From a virus, in UHGV virus genome UHGV-0299153: a DNA stretch of 64,000 nt; one strand, 5' to 3'. A program made the position numbers and the translations under genes. Shown one piece after another: positions 18,344 through 26,432 of the stretch; the first letter of the stretch is position 1; each line of letters begins with the position of its first letter. The notes beneath the pieces are model-generated. The model ran no database searches and had not been told where the DNA came from. It worked only from the letters and a program-made list of their open reading frames with translations.

Positions 18344-18529
18344 TCAATCAGCCTCGCTTGGCAACTCTTCCACCTTAACATGCCGAAAAGTGTTACCGTA
18401 ATGGTTGATCCATGACATCAGCTCACTTTCTTGCTCTTCCTCTGGGATGAACTCTCGAATACTGACAAGTTTTAAGAAAACCCAATCACAATCTGCACCC
18501 ATTCTACCAGACAGACAATAGTGCTTCAT
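18344..18529 (-). CDS. hypothetical protein (61 aa)
   Basis: ORF track. Confidence 0.4.
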   Translation of the reverse strand: MKHYCLSGRMGADCDWVFLKLVSIREFIPEEEQESELMSWINHYGNTFRHVKVEELPSEAD

Positions 18530-18548
18530 AAAAACCCTCCATCCTGGT

Positions 18549-18749
18549 TTAGAATACTGCCTCTTTTAATGATCCAAGGAGCAGCAGGTGTGAAATCTGA
18601 TCCACATCCATGGTAGATTCAATCTCCTCTTTTTTGAAAGGTTCTCGGCAAAACAGTACTACATTTGGGTTTTCGCTACGCACTATATAATACAGATCGT
18701 TCAAATCATTCTCATAGTAGGTATTAAATTTAAGAATTTTGTCACTCAT
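18549..18749 (-). CDS. hypothetical protein (66 aa)
   Basis: ORF track. Confidence 0.4.
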   Translation of the reverse strand: MSDKILKFNTYYENDLNDLYYIVRSENPNVVLFCREPFKKEEIESTMDVDQISHLLLLGSLKEAVF

Positions 18750-19033
18750 TTTCTAATCCTCTTCTTAGATTTTTGTGCAGAAACGCTTTCTGCAATACGA
18801 GACAGGCGTTCTTCTGAAGCTTTACCTACCCCAGGTTTCTTGAGCGGGTTATCTTTATGACCGCAATCCAATTGGATGCTAGATACCTCCCCAACCTTGT
18901 AAGTCAATTCTAACAAAAGGTTGTCGTCCTTGTCAAATGTTTTTACGATAAATTTTTTATCGTCCTCCTGAACTTCATACCTAGTACCTGCAGTATACAG
19001 CATGGTGCCATCAGTGTAGGATATCCAAATCAT
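18746..19033 (-). CDS. hypothetical protein (95 aa)
   Basis: ORF track; 4-nt overlaps with neighbours. Confidence 0.5.
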   Translation of the reverse strand: MIWISYTDGTMLYTAGTRYEVQEDDKKFIVKTFDKDDNLLLELTYKVGEVSSIQLDCGHKDNPLKKPGVGKASEERLSRIAESVSAQKSKKRIRK

Positions 19034-19377
19034 TGCACCTCCTTCTGCTGCAACAGCATTAACTCTTTGTTGGAAATCTTTACTGCTGTCTTTATTGTTC
19101 CATCTTCACGGAACCACGACCAGAATTCTACAGTGTCACCACTATCAAGCAAGGCATGACCATGGTAAAAATCCTTGTCCTTAGACAGTTTCTCATCTAT
19201 ATCTGCATCGACACATTCGTGATCCATAGCATTTTGCCTGAATGCATCGGTTATGCCAATGCATGCCTTGCTCTCAAGACTGGTATATCCGATATCTTTT
19301 AATTCAGTTTCCCAAGTCCAGTATCCTACAAAAGCCACAACAGCTACCCACATTAATATCGATTTAATCTTTGACAT
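19030..19377 (-). CDS. hypothetical membrane-anchored protein
   Basis: N-terminal hydrophobic LMWVAVVAFVGYWTW. Confidence 0.5.
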   Translation of the reverse strand: MSKIKSILMWVAVVAFVGYWTWETELKDIGYTSLESKACIGITDAFRQNAMDHECVDADIDEKLSKDKDFYHGHALLDSGDTVEFWSWFREDGTIKTAVKISNKELMLLQQKEVQ

Positions 19378-19437
19378 TCTCTCTACCTCTTTCTTAATTT
19401 GTTTAATTATGGCACATCCTTTGTGCCTTGTTGCACA

Positions 19438-19899
19438 CTACTTAAACAACAGTTCAAAATAGTGCAAAATTAACAGAAGTTGAATTACGCCTAGCACAAC
19501 AGCAAGTATGTTAATCTTAGAATCAAAAAACTTCTTAACTTTTACCCTAAAAGGTTCCTTAATGTCCTTTACGATCCTATCTATAGATGACCTCATATCC
19601 CTGATTACCATCCTGAACATTAAAGACGGATGATCCCTCTCTGTAACGGAATCGAAAACATACTCTCTTTGATCACAAGGGCCGCCAGCTCTGCGTATTA
19701 ACCTCTCCACAGAGACCTCGTACGACACACCTGTAACGTAATCATCTATGACAAGGAGTGACGGGTCTTTATCGTCCAAGGGTATCAAAGTTATCTTTCC
19801 AGATTTTGTTAAAATTTCTCCTTTTTCAAGTAAGGTGTACCAATGCTCTCTGCCAAGACTGTTGAGGCACGTTTTTACATATTTAACAAACATCGTCAC
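19438..19899 (-). CDS. hypothetical protein with C-terminal TM helix (153 aa)
   Basis: ORF track; C-terminal ILAVVLGVIQLLLILHYF. Confidence 0.5.
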   Translation of the reverse strand: MTMFVKYVKTCLNSLGREHWYTLLEKGEILTKSGKITLIPLDDKDPSLLVIDDYVTGVSYEVSVERLIRRAGGPCDQREYVFDSVTERDHPSLMFRMVIRDMRSSIDRIVKDIKEPFRVKVKKFFDSKINILAVVLGVIQLLLILHYFELLFK

Positions 19900-20099
19900 C
19901 CCTCATCGCACGTCTGATATAACCACTCTATAAAATCTTGATACCATTCGCCCTCTGAGCGCTCCGTAGGCCAATAATCTTCACCCTCTCGTGCATTAAA
20001 ATCTGAGTATTCAACTTTCCACTCCTTTACCAGCTCGTGGAGAAGGTTTTCAGCCTGCTCTAAAGATTTATTTTTTGCCATTGCTGTCTCCTTTTTCAA
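19896..20099 (-). CDS. hypothetical protein (67 aa)
   Basis: ORF track. Confidence 0.45.
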   Translation of the reverse strand: MKKETAMAKNKSLEQAENLLHELVKEWKVEYSDFNAREGEDYWPTERSEGEWYQDFIEWLYQTCDEG

Positions 20100-20164
20100 G
20101 ATAGTTATACATCAGAACTGCACCACCTAAGATGGCTACCAGTAACAATACCCCAGATAGCATC

Positions 20165-20362
20165 TCAATAAACATGGCTTGAAACACTGGAAGGTCTCCC
20201 TAAATTAACGCACCATTTTAAATACATGCTCTTTTCCCATAAAGGTGCCTGGCTAAGATCTGCGTAGAACGCAATCTCTTTAAGAACAGTATAAACAGTT
20301 TTAGGTGCGGTCTCCATCCCTACTCTCCTTTTTCTCCTTACGAATATTCTTGTAGTAATCAA
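20165..20362 (-). CDS. hypothetical protein (start uncertain)
   Basis: ORF track only. Confidence 0.3.
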   Translation of the reverse strand: MITTRIFVRRKRRVGMETAPKTVYTVLKEIAFYADLSQAPLWEKSMYLKWCVNLGRPSSVSSHVY

Positions 20363-20537
20363 CTAGGCACATTATTACGATGAAGATAACAATAGGCCAA
20401 AAAGGTGCAGCAGTGATGATGGTGATAAAATCATCAAACTTCACCTTTCGTCTAGACACGATGCATATACCTGTCAAGAATACCGCTGTTATAACGGCTA
20501 TTACCAGGTAACCTATTAGCACAACATTTATACTCAT
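20301..20537 (-). CDS. hypothetical membrane protein (two TM helices)
   Basis: Hydrophobic LIGYLVIAVITAVFLTGICIV and PFWPIVIFIVIMCLV. Confidence 0.45.
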   Translation of the reverse strand: MSINVVLIGYLVIAVITAVFLTGICIVSRRKVKFDDFITIITAAPFWPIVIFIVIMCLVDYYKNIRKEKKESRDGDRT

Positions 20538-20555
20538 TAGCCCTCCCTTTGTAGG

Positions 20556-21101
20556 TTAAATTGTATACTGCAGATGGTTGCTGATGGTGTCAAGAAAATT
20601 ATCCCGTTCTTTCTCAGAGTTTTCACGGGTGTATCTGAAAAACATATCGAGAATAACCTTATTGATATATTCCAGCTCCTCTGTGTTCAGGTACTTAGCA
20701 GGATCTACAATTACATCCCAAATATCATACAGACCACACTCATGATACCCATAACGCCACTCAATTGTCAAGCTGAGCGGCAAATCTTTACCGTCACAAA
20801 CAACCTTCCATCTACATATGTTGGTATCTGGGCGTACCTGTGCACGGTACACCTGTACAAAATCTAATTTAAATTTGAGGTACTCGTCATACAATTTAAG
20901 CACAAAGCTCTCGATTTGTGGAGACACTTTTGCAGCAAACTGTGCGTATTTGTACTTGCACTGGATGATCTTTCTGCGTTTTGCAGTTAAATTTTTTGCC
21001 GCTAGTTGTTCTTCAGTGTATCTCCACCTACGATCAACAAACGCAACAGGGTCTTTGTCCCCATAGAGGTCTTCCCAGTTAATCAGAAGCATACCTGTCA
21101 T
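20556..21101 (-). CDS. hypothetical protein (181 aa)
   Basis: ORF track. Confidence 0.55.
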   Translation of the reverse strand: MTGMLLINWEDLYGDKDPVAFVDRRWRYTEEQLAAKNLTAKRRKIIQCKYKYAQFAAKVSPQIESFVLKLYDEYLKFKLDFVQVYRAQVRPDTNICRWKVVCDGKDLPLSLTIEWRYGYHECGLYDIWDVIVDPAKYLNTEELEYINKVILDMFFRYTRENSEKERDNFLDTISNHLQYTI

Positions 21102-21331
21102 TCCTCCACAACTTCAAGGCCTTTGCCGCCTCGTTCTGGTAGATTACTTAAAGATAGGTAATACGTATAGTCAGGAGAGATCCTGCCAGACTCTGCACCT
21201 GCAGCTAATAAATCTTTTCCCTTAACCATGACAACATTATCGTTTGCAGATAGCCGTTTTGCTTCCACAATTTTACCAATGCAGTCAACCAAGGAAGGGT
21301 ACCCTAAATCTGTAAGAAATTTAACTTTCAT
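21098..21331 (-). CDS. hypothetical small protein, DLIAAGA family
   Basis: Motif KGKDLLAAGAE. Confidence 0.55.
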   Translation of the reverse strand: MKVKFLTDLGYPSLVDCIGKIVEAKRLSANDNVVMVKGKDLLAAGAESGRISPDYTYYLSLSNLPERGGKGLEVVEE

Positions 21332-21370
21332 GCTACCTCCTACTTCTACCGTCCCTGGTAAGATAAATTA

Positions 21371-21769
21371 TTACTGAACAAAGCGCGGAGCTGGGAAGGA
21401 TAACTCTTCTAAAGAGAAGATTTCATTCCCCACAATCCATGTTGCAGGATCATCTGGGTTGACTGGATAGATAATCATCACCTCGTCAGTGTTACATACC
21501 CGCTTTTTACCTGTGGAGTCATCAGCAACCAGCATGCGCGGTTCTTCAGAAATGCACAGGTAGCCTCCTCGGCCCACTGTTCCTTCCACAGGGTCTTGCC
21601 CTTTGATCACGATGATTATCTTCTCTCCTGAGGCGATATTACCTTGCACACTCACCGTTTGACCAACCTTGGATGTGCCAATCTTAGTGACTTCGAACAT
21701 TACATCCCGAATTACTGTTGCATAATCGCCAGACACTTTCTTACCTTCTTTAGTGATCTCAATCTTCAT
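21371..21769 (-). CDS. hypothetical protein (132 aa)
   Basis: ORF track. Confidence 0.55.
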   Translation of the reverse strand: MKIEITKEGKKVSGDYATVIRDVMFEVTKIGTSKVGQTVSVQGNIASGEKIIIVIKGQDPVEGTVGRGGYLCISEEPRMLVADDSTGKKRVCNTDEVMIIYPVNPDDPATWIVGNEIFSLEELSFPAPRFVQ

Positions 21770-22032
21770 ACACTGGGCTCCTTAAATGAATCTATGTAAT
21801 CAATTAAATCCCAAACATCCCTATGACCTGTCAGAGGGTATACTTCTCCAAGAGGGATCATAGCAATAAGTCTATCAAAAACCCAATCTGGACGCAACAT
21901 TTTATGGTGATACTCCCACTCACCTTCTACAGACTTTTTCTGAGTGATCAGGATCTCTGTGTAGTGTTTCGCCTGTCTTGAGTAAATTGAAAATGACTTG
22001 TACATAAATGACCCCCTTGTTGAGAACAACAA
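21766..22032 (-). CDS. hypothetical protein (88 aa)
   Basis: ORF track. Confidence 0.45.
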   Translation of the reverse strand: MLFSTRGSFMYKSFSIYSRQAKHYTEILITQKKSVEGEWEYHHKMLRPDWVFDRLIAMIPLGEVYPLTGHRDVWDLIDYIDSFKEPSV

Positions 22033-22039
22033 TACACAA

Positions 22040-22354
22040 CTACCAAGTTACTGTCAAGTAGGCAACCGTGTTATTTTTCTCTGGAGAGATGCCAACAACA
22101 TCTACCTGTAGACCTCCTGCCCTCAAATCCCCAACAATATGCGGGAAGTAATCTGAGAGATGCGAGGGTAGATTTATCGAAAATCCGCATCCCAGAAAGC
22201 CTGCTAACGCTTTATTTTGTATCTCCCCTACAATCGCATCATAAATGGAGTTAAGCTCGTCAGGGAGCGTTACAGGACGTTTTAGCGCTAACTGGTGTAA
22301 TTTGTCCTTAGCACTCATTTTCATTTCAGGTCTACCTCTGGTGGTGCCAACCAC
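22040..22354 (-). CDS. hypothetical protein (104 aa)
   Basis: ORF track. Confidence 0.45.
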   Translation of the reverse strand: MVGTTRGRPEMKMSAKDKLHQLALKRPVTLPDELNSIYDAIVGEIQNKALAGFLGCGFSINLPSHLSDYFPHIVGDLRAGGLQVDVVGISPEKNNTVAYLTVTW

Positions 22355-22854
22355 ATAAATGGCGGCAAGCCTAAACGGTTTTTCTTATCCCACACAAAAT
22401 ATGCATATGCTTGCCCGTCAGTTCTGCCATTTGATTGAAATGACGGACGCTTAGATATTGTGATCACAGTGGTAGGTGCATTATCAAGCCACCATTCAAA
22501 TCTGGCTTTGCTTTCCAGAAAATTAAGACGTAAAAGCATAATAACTACGTCAGCATCTTTCAACGCCTTGTCTACAAACTCACGAGCCAAGCTGTATGGT
22601 GGGTTGGTGATAATACAGTCAACATGGTTGTATTCTGTATTCAGATAGTCAACACCTTCTTGGATTTCTCCCCATGCAGATCCTAACGGCATACGGGAGT
22701 AGAACACACCTGAGGTACTATTCCTGCAAGGCTCTAAGTAGGTCCAGTCTTCTGGGAACGGAATAAGGTCATACAGCCCTTCTGCACACCACTCCGGTGT
22801 CACATACTCATCGTAGGCGTTACGTTGTTCATCAGGTTTTCTAGCACAAGTCAT
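22321..22854 (-). CDS. DNA methyltransferase (amino-methyltransferase, NPPY motif)
   Basis: CIITNPPYSL is the motif IV signature of N6-adenine/N4-cytosine DNA MTases; short (177 aa). Confidence 0.55.
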   Translation of the reverse strand: MTCARKPDEQRNAYDEYVTPEWCAEGLYDLIPFPEDWTYLEPCRNSTSGVFYSRMPLGSAWGEIQEGVDYLNTEYNHVDCIITNPPYSLAREFVDKALKDADVVIMLLRLNFLESKARFEWWLDNAPTTVITISKRPSFQSNGRTDGQAYAYFVWDKKNRLGLPPFMWLAPPEVDLK

Positions 22855-22905
22855 GCAAATCTCCAGATCATAAAAGCCCTCCGAAGAGGGCTTTAGAATT
22901 AATGT

Positions 22906-23955
22906 TTAAACTTCTTCGACAATTCCTGCACCCAGGATTTTTTCATTGAGCTCTTTTGCTGTTTTAATAATATTATCTACCAGACGCTTGCGAGTCTTAT
23001 CTTTCACCTTAACCTCTTCACCGCCGTTCAGAGTAGTCTTCAATTGAGACAGAATATCCTGAAGTTCAACGACAGAGAATCTCTGCAGATCTTCTGAAGT
23101 AATCTCACCCAGGGCAATTCGGACGGTCTCGCCACTTTCCATCTGCAGATTCAGGAACACAGTGTGAACATCACCTTTCGAACCACCCGCTTTTGCAGAT
23201 TCAACAGCATGAACTAACTCATCTAAAGATGTGCACTGGTGAATCTCCGGAAGACCTGCTTCACCTAACACGCCTTCTTCATCACCTTTTGCCAGAAGCT
23301 TTTTCGGTTTTTGTCCGTTCTGGATGCGTTGTATGTTGCCTTCATCCAGAATAATAGCTCCAGTGCGTGCTGCCAGCTCTTCTCCGTCCAACCACACTTC
23401 GCCACCAGCTGTGATGGATGCGATCTCATCTTCTGTCAGCACCCCACCGTAGTATTTTTCGATTAAGCGTTCGAAACGTTTTTTCCAGTAGCTGACCTGA
23501 GTATTCATGTTCACACCGTTACCATAAGTGCCACCTTGGTAGTAGTGGAACATAAACTCTGTGTCCGGAGCCACAGTGCGTTCTTTGCAACCCAGCCATA
23601 AGATTGTTCCCGCAGAGCAGCACATCCCTTCAGCATGTGCAACAACGCTTGCCTGAGACTCGCGGAATGCCTGCAGATAAGCCATTGCAATGTGCACGCA
23701 ACCCCCAGGACTATTGATGATCACCCGAATGCTTTCTTCCGGCTGAGCCATACGGATCGTCTGCAGACGAGACATATGATCTTGTAAGTCTTCCAAATCG
23801 TCGATATAAAGAACGTGGTCAACAACTGGTGTTGGGTAGCTGTATGTTTCCATAATACCACCCGGCATACCGAACATTTTATTACTCATAGGTTCGAAAC
23901 CGTTCTGTTTTTCTTTCATGCCGTGTACCATGGTGCTACGAGGTGTTAAATTCAT
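22906..23955 (-). CDS. ClpP-like (S14 family) serine peptidase with long C-terminal extension
   Basis: VIINSPGG...AEGMCCSAG resembles the ClpP core and active-site Ser region; about 150 extra C-terminal residues. Confidence 0.65.
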   Translation of the reverse strand: MNLTPRSTMVHGMKEKQNGFEPMSNKMFGMPGGIMETYSYPTPVVDHVLYIDDLEDLQDHMSRLQTIRMAQPEESIRVIINSPGGCVHIAMAYLQAFRESQASVVAHAEGMCCSAGTILWLGCKERTVAPDTEFMFHYYQGGTYGNGVNMNTQVSYWKKRFERLIEKYYGGVLTEDEIASITAGGEVWLDGEELAARTGAIILDEGNIQRIQNGQKPKKLLAKGDEEGVLGEAGLPEIHQCTSLDELVHAVESAKAGGSKGDVHTVFLNLQMESGETVRIALGEITSEDLQRFSVVELQDILSQLKTTLNGGEEVKVKDKTRKRLVDNIIKTAKELNEKILGAGIVEEV

Positions 23956-24015
23956 GAGAAATCCTTAATATTGGAAGTTGAAAGCTATTTATTTAAACCT
24001 GATTCACATTTACCT

Positions 24016-24327
24016 TTATTTAGCAATCACTATAGAGTACTTACGATTGTCAGAAGCATCGCAGCTCAATGATTGCCAGTCTACCACATACCACGTATCA
24101 TTGTCAACAATTACTTTATCGCCTGTTCTGTAGCAGGTGCTGCTTTCAATAATCCGAGACTCGATAAAGAATCTGTGTCGGCGCTCACGTAGCAACGCTA
24201 AGTTGATTATATTACCACCACTGTCCTTGATCCACACATTCTTGGATCCTTTATTTGCCAAAATTGTCTCGCCGTTATAGACAAACAGGCAGTATATTTT
24301 ATTCAGTCTCTCTTGTATTGTAGCCAT
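24016..24327 (-). CDS. hypothetical protein (103 aa)
   Basis: ORF track. Confidence 0.5.
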   Translation of the reverse strand: MATIQERLNKIYCLFVYNGETILANKGSKNVWIKDSGGNIINLALLRERRHRFFIESRIIESSTCYRTGDKVIVDNDTWYVVDWQSLSCDASDNRKYSIVIAK

Positions 24328-24430
24328 ACTATCTCCTTCTCCTTGTCTTGTCCGATAATAATATCTAAAGCTTACCTGTTTGTCAACAACTGTTTTAGAT
24401 ATTTAAGGGTGGAATAACCACCCTTCTGTA

Positions 24431-25219
24431 TTACTCGGAAACAGGGGTCCAAATATGATTTGCACGATCCTCAATAAGATTGAGTGCAATCTGACGACCC
24501 AACCCGGAACGAACAACATCGTCTGGACTATCAAAGCTGATCATTCCAACCTCAGGGTCTGGATGACGAGTAAAGAAATCCGTCACCCATGCAAGGCCAG
24601 ATTTACCAGGGATGTCACGTTGGCTATTATCGCCCATAATTACAAGGGTGGCCTGATCAGAGATCCTTGTGATAATTGACAACATTTCTTCAGGGTTAGT
24701 TTGCTGTGCCTCGTCAATCAGGACAAAGCATCGCTCATCGAAACTACGACCACGAATGCTTTCAACCTCACAAATCTCGATACGGCTGTTCTGACCGTTT
24801 CCCAGCATTGCGGCAAAAGCACCTTTGCCAACACGACGACAAATCGTGTCCATCATGCTTCGAAGATAGGGCCACAGTTTCTGCATTGCATTTCCAGGTT
24901 TAAATCCTGAAGTCTTTCCTGTCTGAACGTAAGGACGTGCAACAATGATCTTATCAATCTCGTTCTTACGCAGAAGATCACCTGCATATGCAGATGCCAT
25001 GAATGTCTTACCGGATCCAAACACACCGTTTACAATGATAATCTTACGTGACCCTAGATAATCAAGATACTTTTGCTGCTTCTTATTCATTGGTCGGAGA
25101 GCTGGAGCGGTGTGCTCTCTTTCGTCAGCAAATTTCTCAGCAGCCTTGCGCAGGCGATCAGATTTGCGAGCCTCTCTAGCTTCATCACGCATGCGTTTTG
25201 TTTCTTTAGCTCGACCCAT
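24431..25219 (-). CDS. phoH: PhoH-like ATPase
   Basis: Walker A GVFGSGKTF and PhoH-like architecture (262 aa). Confidence 0.8.
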   Translation of the reverse strand: MGRAKETKRMRDEAREARKSDRLRKAAEKFADEREHTAPALRPMNKKQQKYLDYLGSRKIIIVNGVFGSGKTFMASAYAGDLLRKNEIDKIIVARPYVQTGKTSGFKPGNAMQKLWPYLRSMMDTICRRVGKGAFAAMLGNGQNSRIEICEVESIRGRSFDERCFVLIDEAQQTNPEEMLSIITRISDQATLVIMGDNSQRDIPGKSGLAWVTDFFTRHPDPEVGMISFDSPDDVVRSGLGRQIALNLIEDRANHIWTPVSE

Positions 25220-25257
25220 GTTGGGACTCCTTTCAGATTGAGATGTGCCAAGTACTT

Positions 25258-25608
25258 TTACTGCAACAGTTTTTCAATAGCCGCTTCCATGCTGCTTGCA
25301 ACAGCCTGAACTCGGATATTCATCTCTTCTTGGTGGATCAGCTCCTTAAGCTCTTTAATGGTAAATTCTTTAGAGAAACCTTCCACCATAATCTTGTGTA
25401 AGGCTTCTTGCGTATCTACTTGCAAGAACTTTTCCAGTTTGTTGGCAGAGGCTTCTAAATCAGCCCGAATGCGAGGGTCATCTGTGCGATTCAGCATTAG
25501 GCGTAAGCCATCAAGATTAGTAGAAATAGCGTCTGCATGTTGAGTAACTAACCGTGGCAAAATGAGATCTACAAACTTATTAGCCAAATCGATACGTTCT
25601 TGTGTCAC
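25258..25608 (-). CDS. hypothetical protein (116 aa)
   Basis: ORF track. Confidence 0.5.
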   Translation of the reverse strand: MTQERIDLANKFVDLILPRLVTQHADAISTNLDGLRLMLNRTDDPRIRADLEASANKLEKFLQVDTQEALHKIMVEGFSKEFTIKELKELIHQEEMNIRVQAVASSMEAAIEKLLQ

Positions 25609-25782
25609 TGTTGCACCCCCTCTTCATCCTCATGATGTTTCTTTTCACGCTTGTGTTTTTTCTTGAGCTCAAGCGCAATTTCTTTTTTGTACGCCTTCTT
25701 CAAGGCTTTTTTAGCCATTTGGCACCTCCTCTGCTTTCATTTTACGATAATTATACCTATCTAAACAAAGCTTTGTCAACAG

Positions 25783-26256
25783 CTAGTCTACCTGAACCCA
25801 ACCGCCTGATACTTTTTTAAACATTCTTTGGTTATCACTGCCTCGGAACGGTTTCTTGGTTGGTAAATCTTTTACATACTTACCGTCAATGATGATATCA
25901 GCCAGTTTAAGAACATCACTAGAGATATGGTCAAATGTGAACCCAGTATATACAAGAATAGTTTTCTTGTCACCAAATTTTTCCTTAATTTTCTCCATCA
26001 GGCTAATAATATCTGGCTCATTATAGTATGCTAAGGGTTCTCCACCCAGCAGAGAGATACCGCACACAGACGGGTTATCTAAATCTGACAAGATTTTTTG
26101 CAAGTCTTCTTCAGTAAACTCTCTCCCCTTATCTTTTGACCAAAATGCCTGATTAAAGCAACCAGGGCAAGCGTGTGGGCACCCAGATACCCATAAGGCA
26201 GTTCTAATACCTGGCCCTTCGGTGTAAGATATTTCTGTGTATCCGGCAATATTCAT
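25783..26256 (-). CDS. nrdG: anaerobic ribonucleotide reductase activating protein (radical SAM)
   Basis: CPHACPGC cluster (CxxxCxxC) near N-terminus; size 157 aa; directly downstream of nrdD. Confidence 0.8.
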   Translation of the reverse strand: MNIAGYTEISYTEGPGIRTALWVSGCPHACPGCFNQAFWSKDKGREFTEEDLQKILSDLDNPSVCGISLLGGEPLAYYNEPDIISLMEKIKEKFGDKKTILVYTGFTFDHISSDVLKLADIIIDGKYVKDLPTKKPFRGSDNQRMFKKVSGGWVQVD

Positions 26257-26432
26257 AGATACTCCGCATCACATTTAGGGCAATGCCAAATAAAATCGTC
26301 CAGTGCCTTGCACCAACGAAGATTGCAACGACAACCACACTTGCAAATTTTATAAATACCTGTAGACATACTGTACCTCCTAGCTCACTGTGTGTCAATA
26401 ATATGCCACATCCTTGTGGCTTTTGTCAAGTA

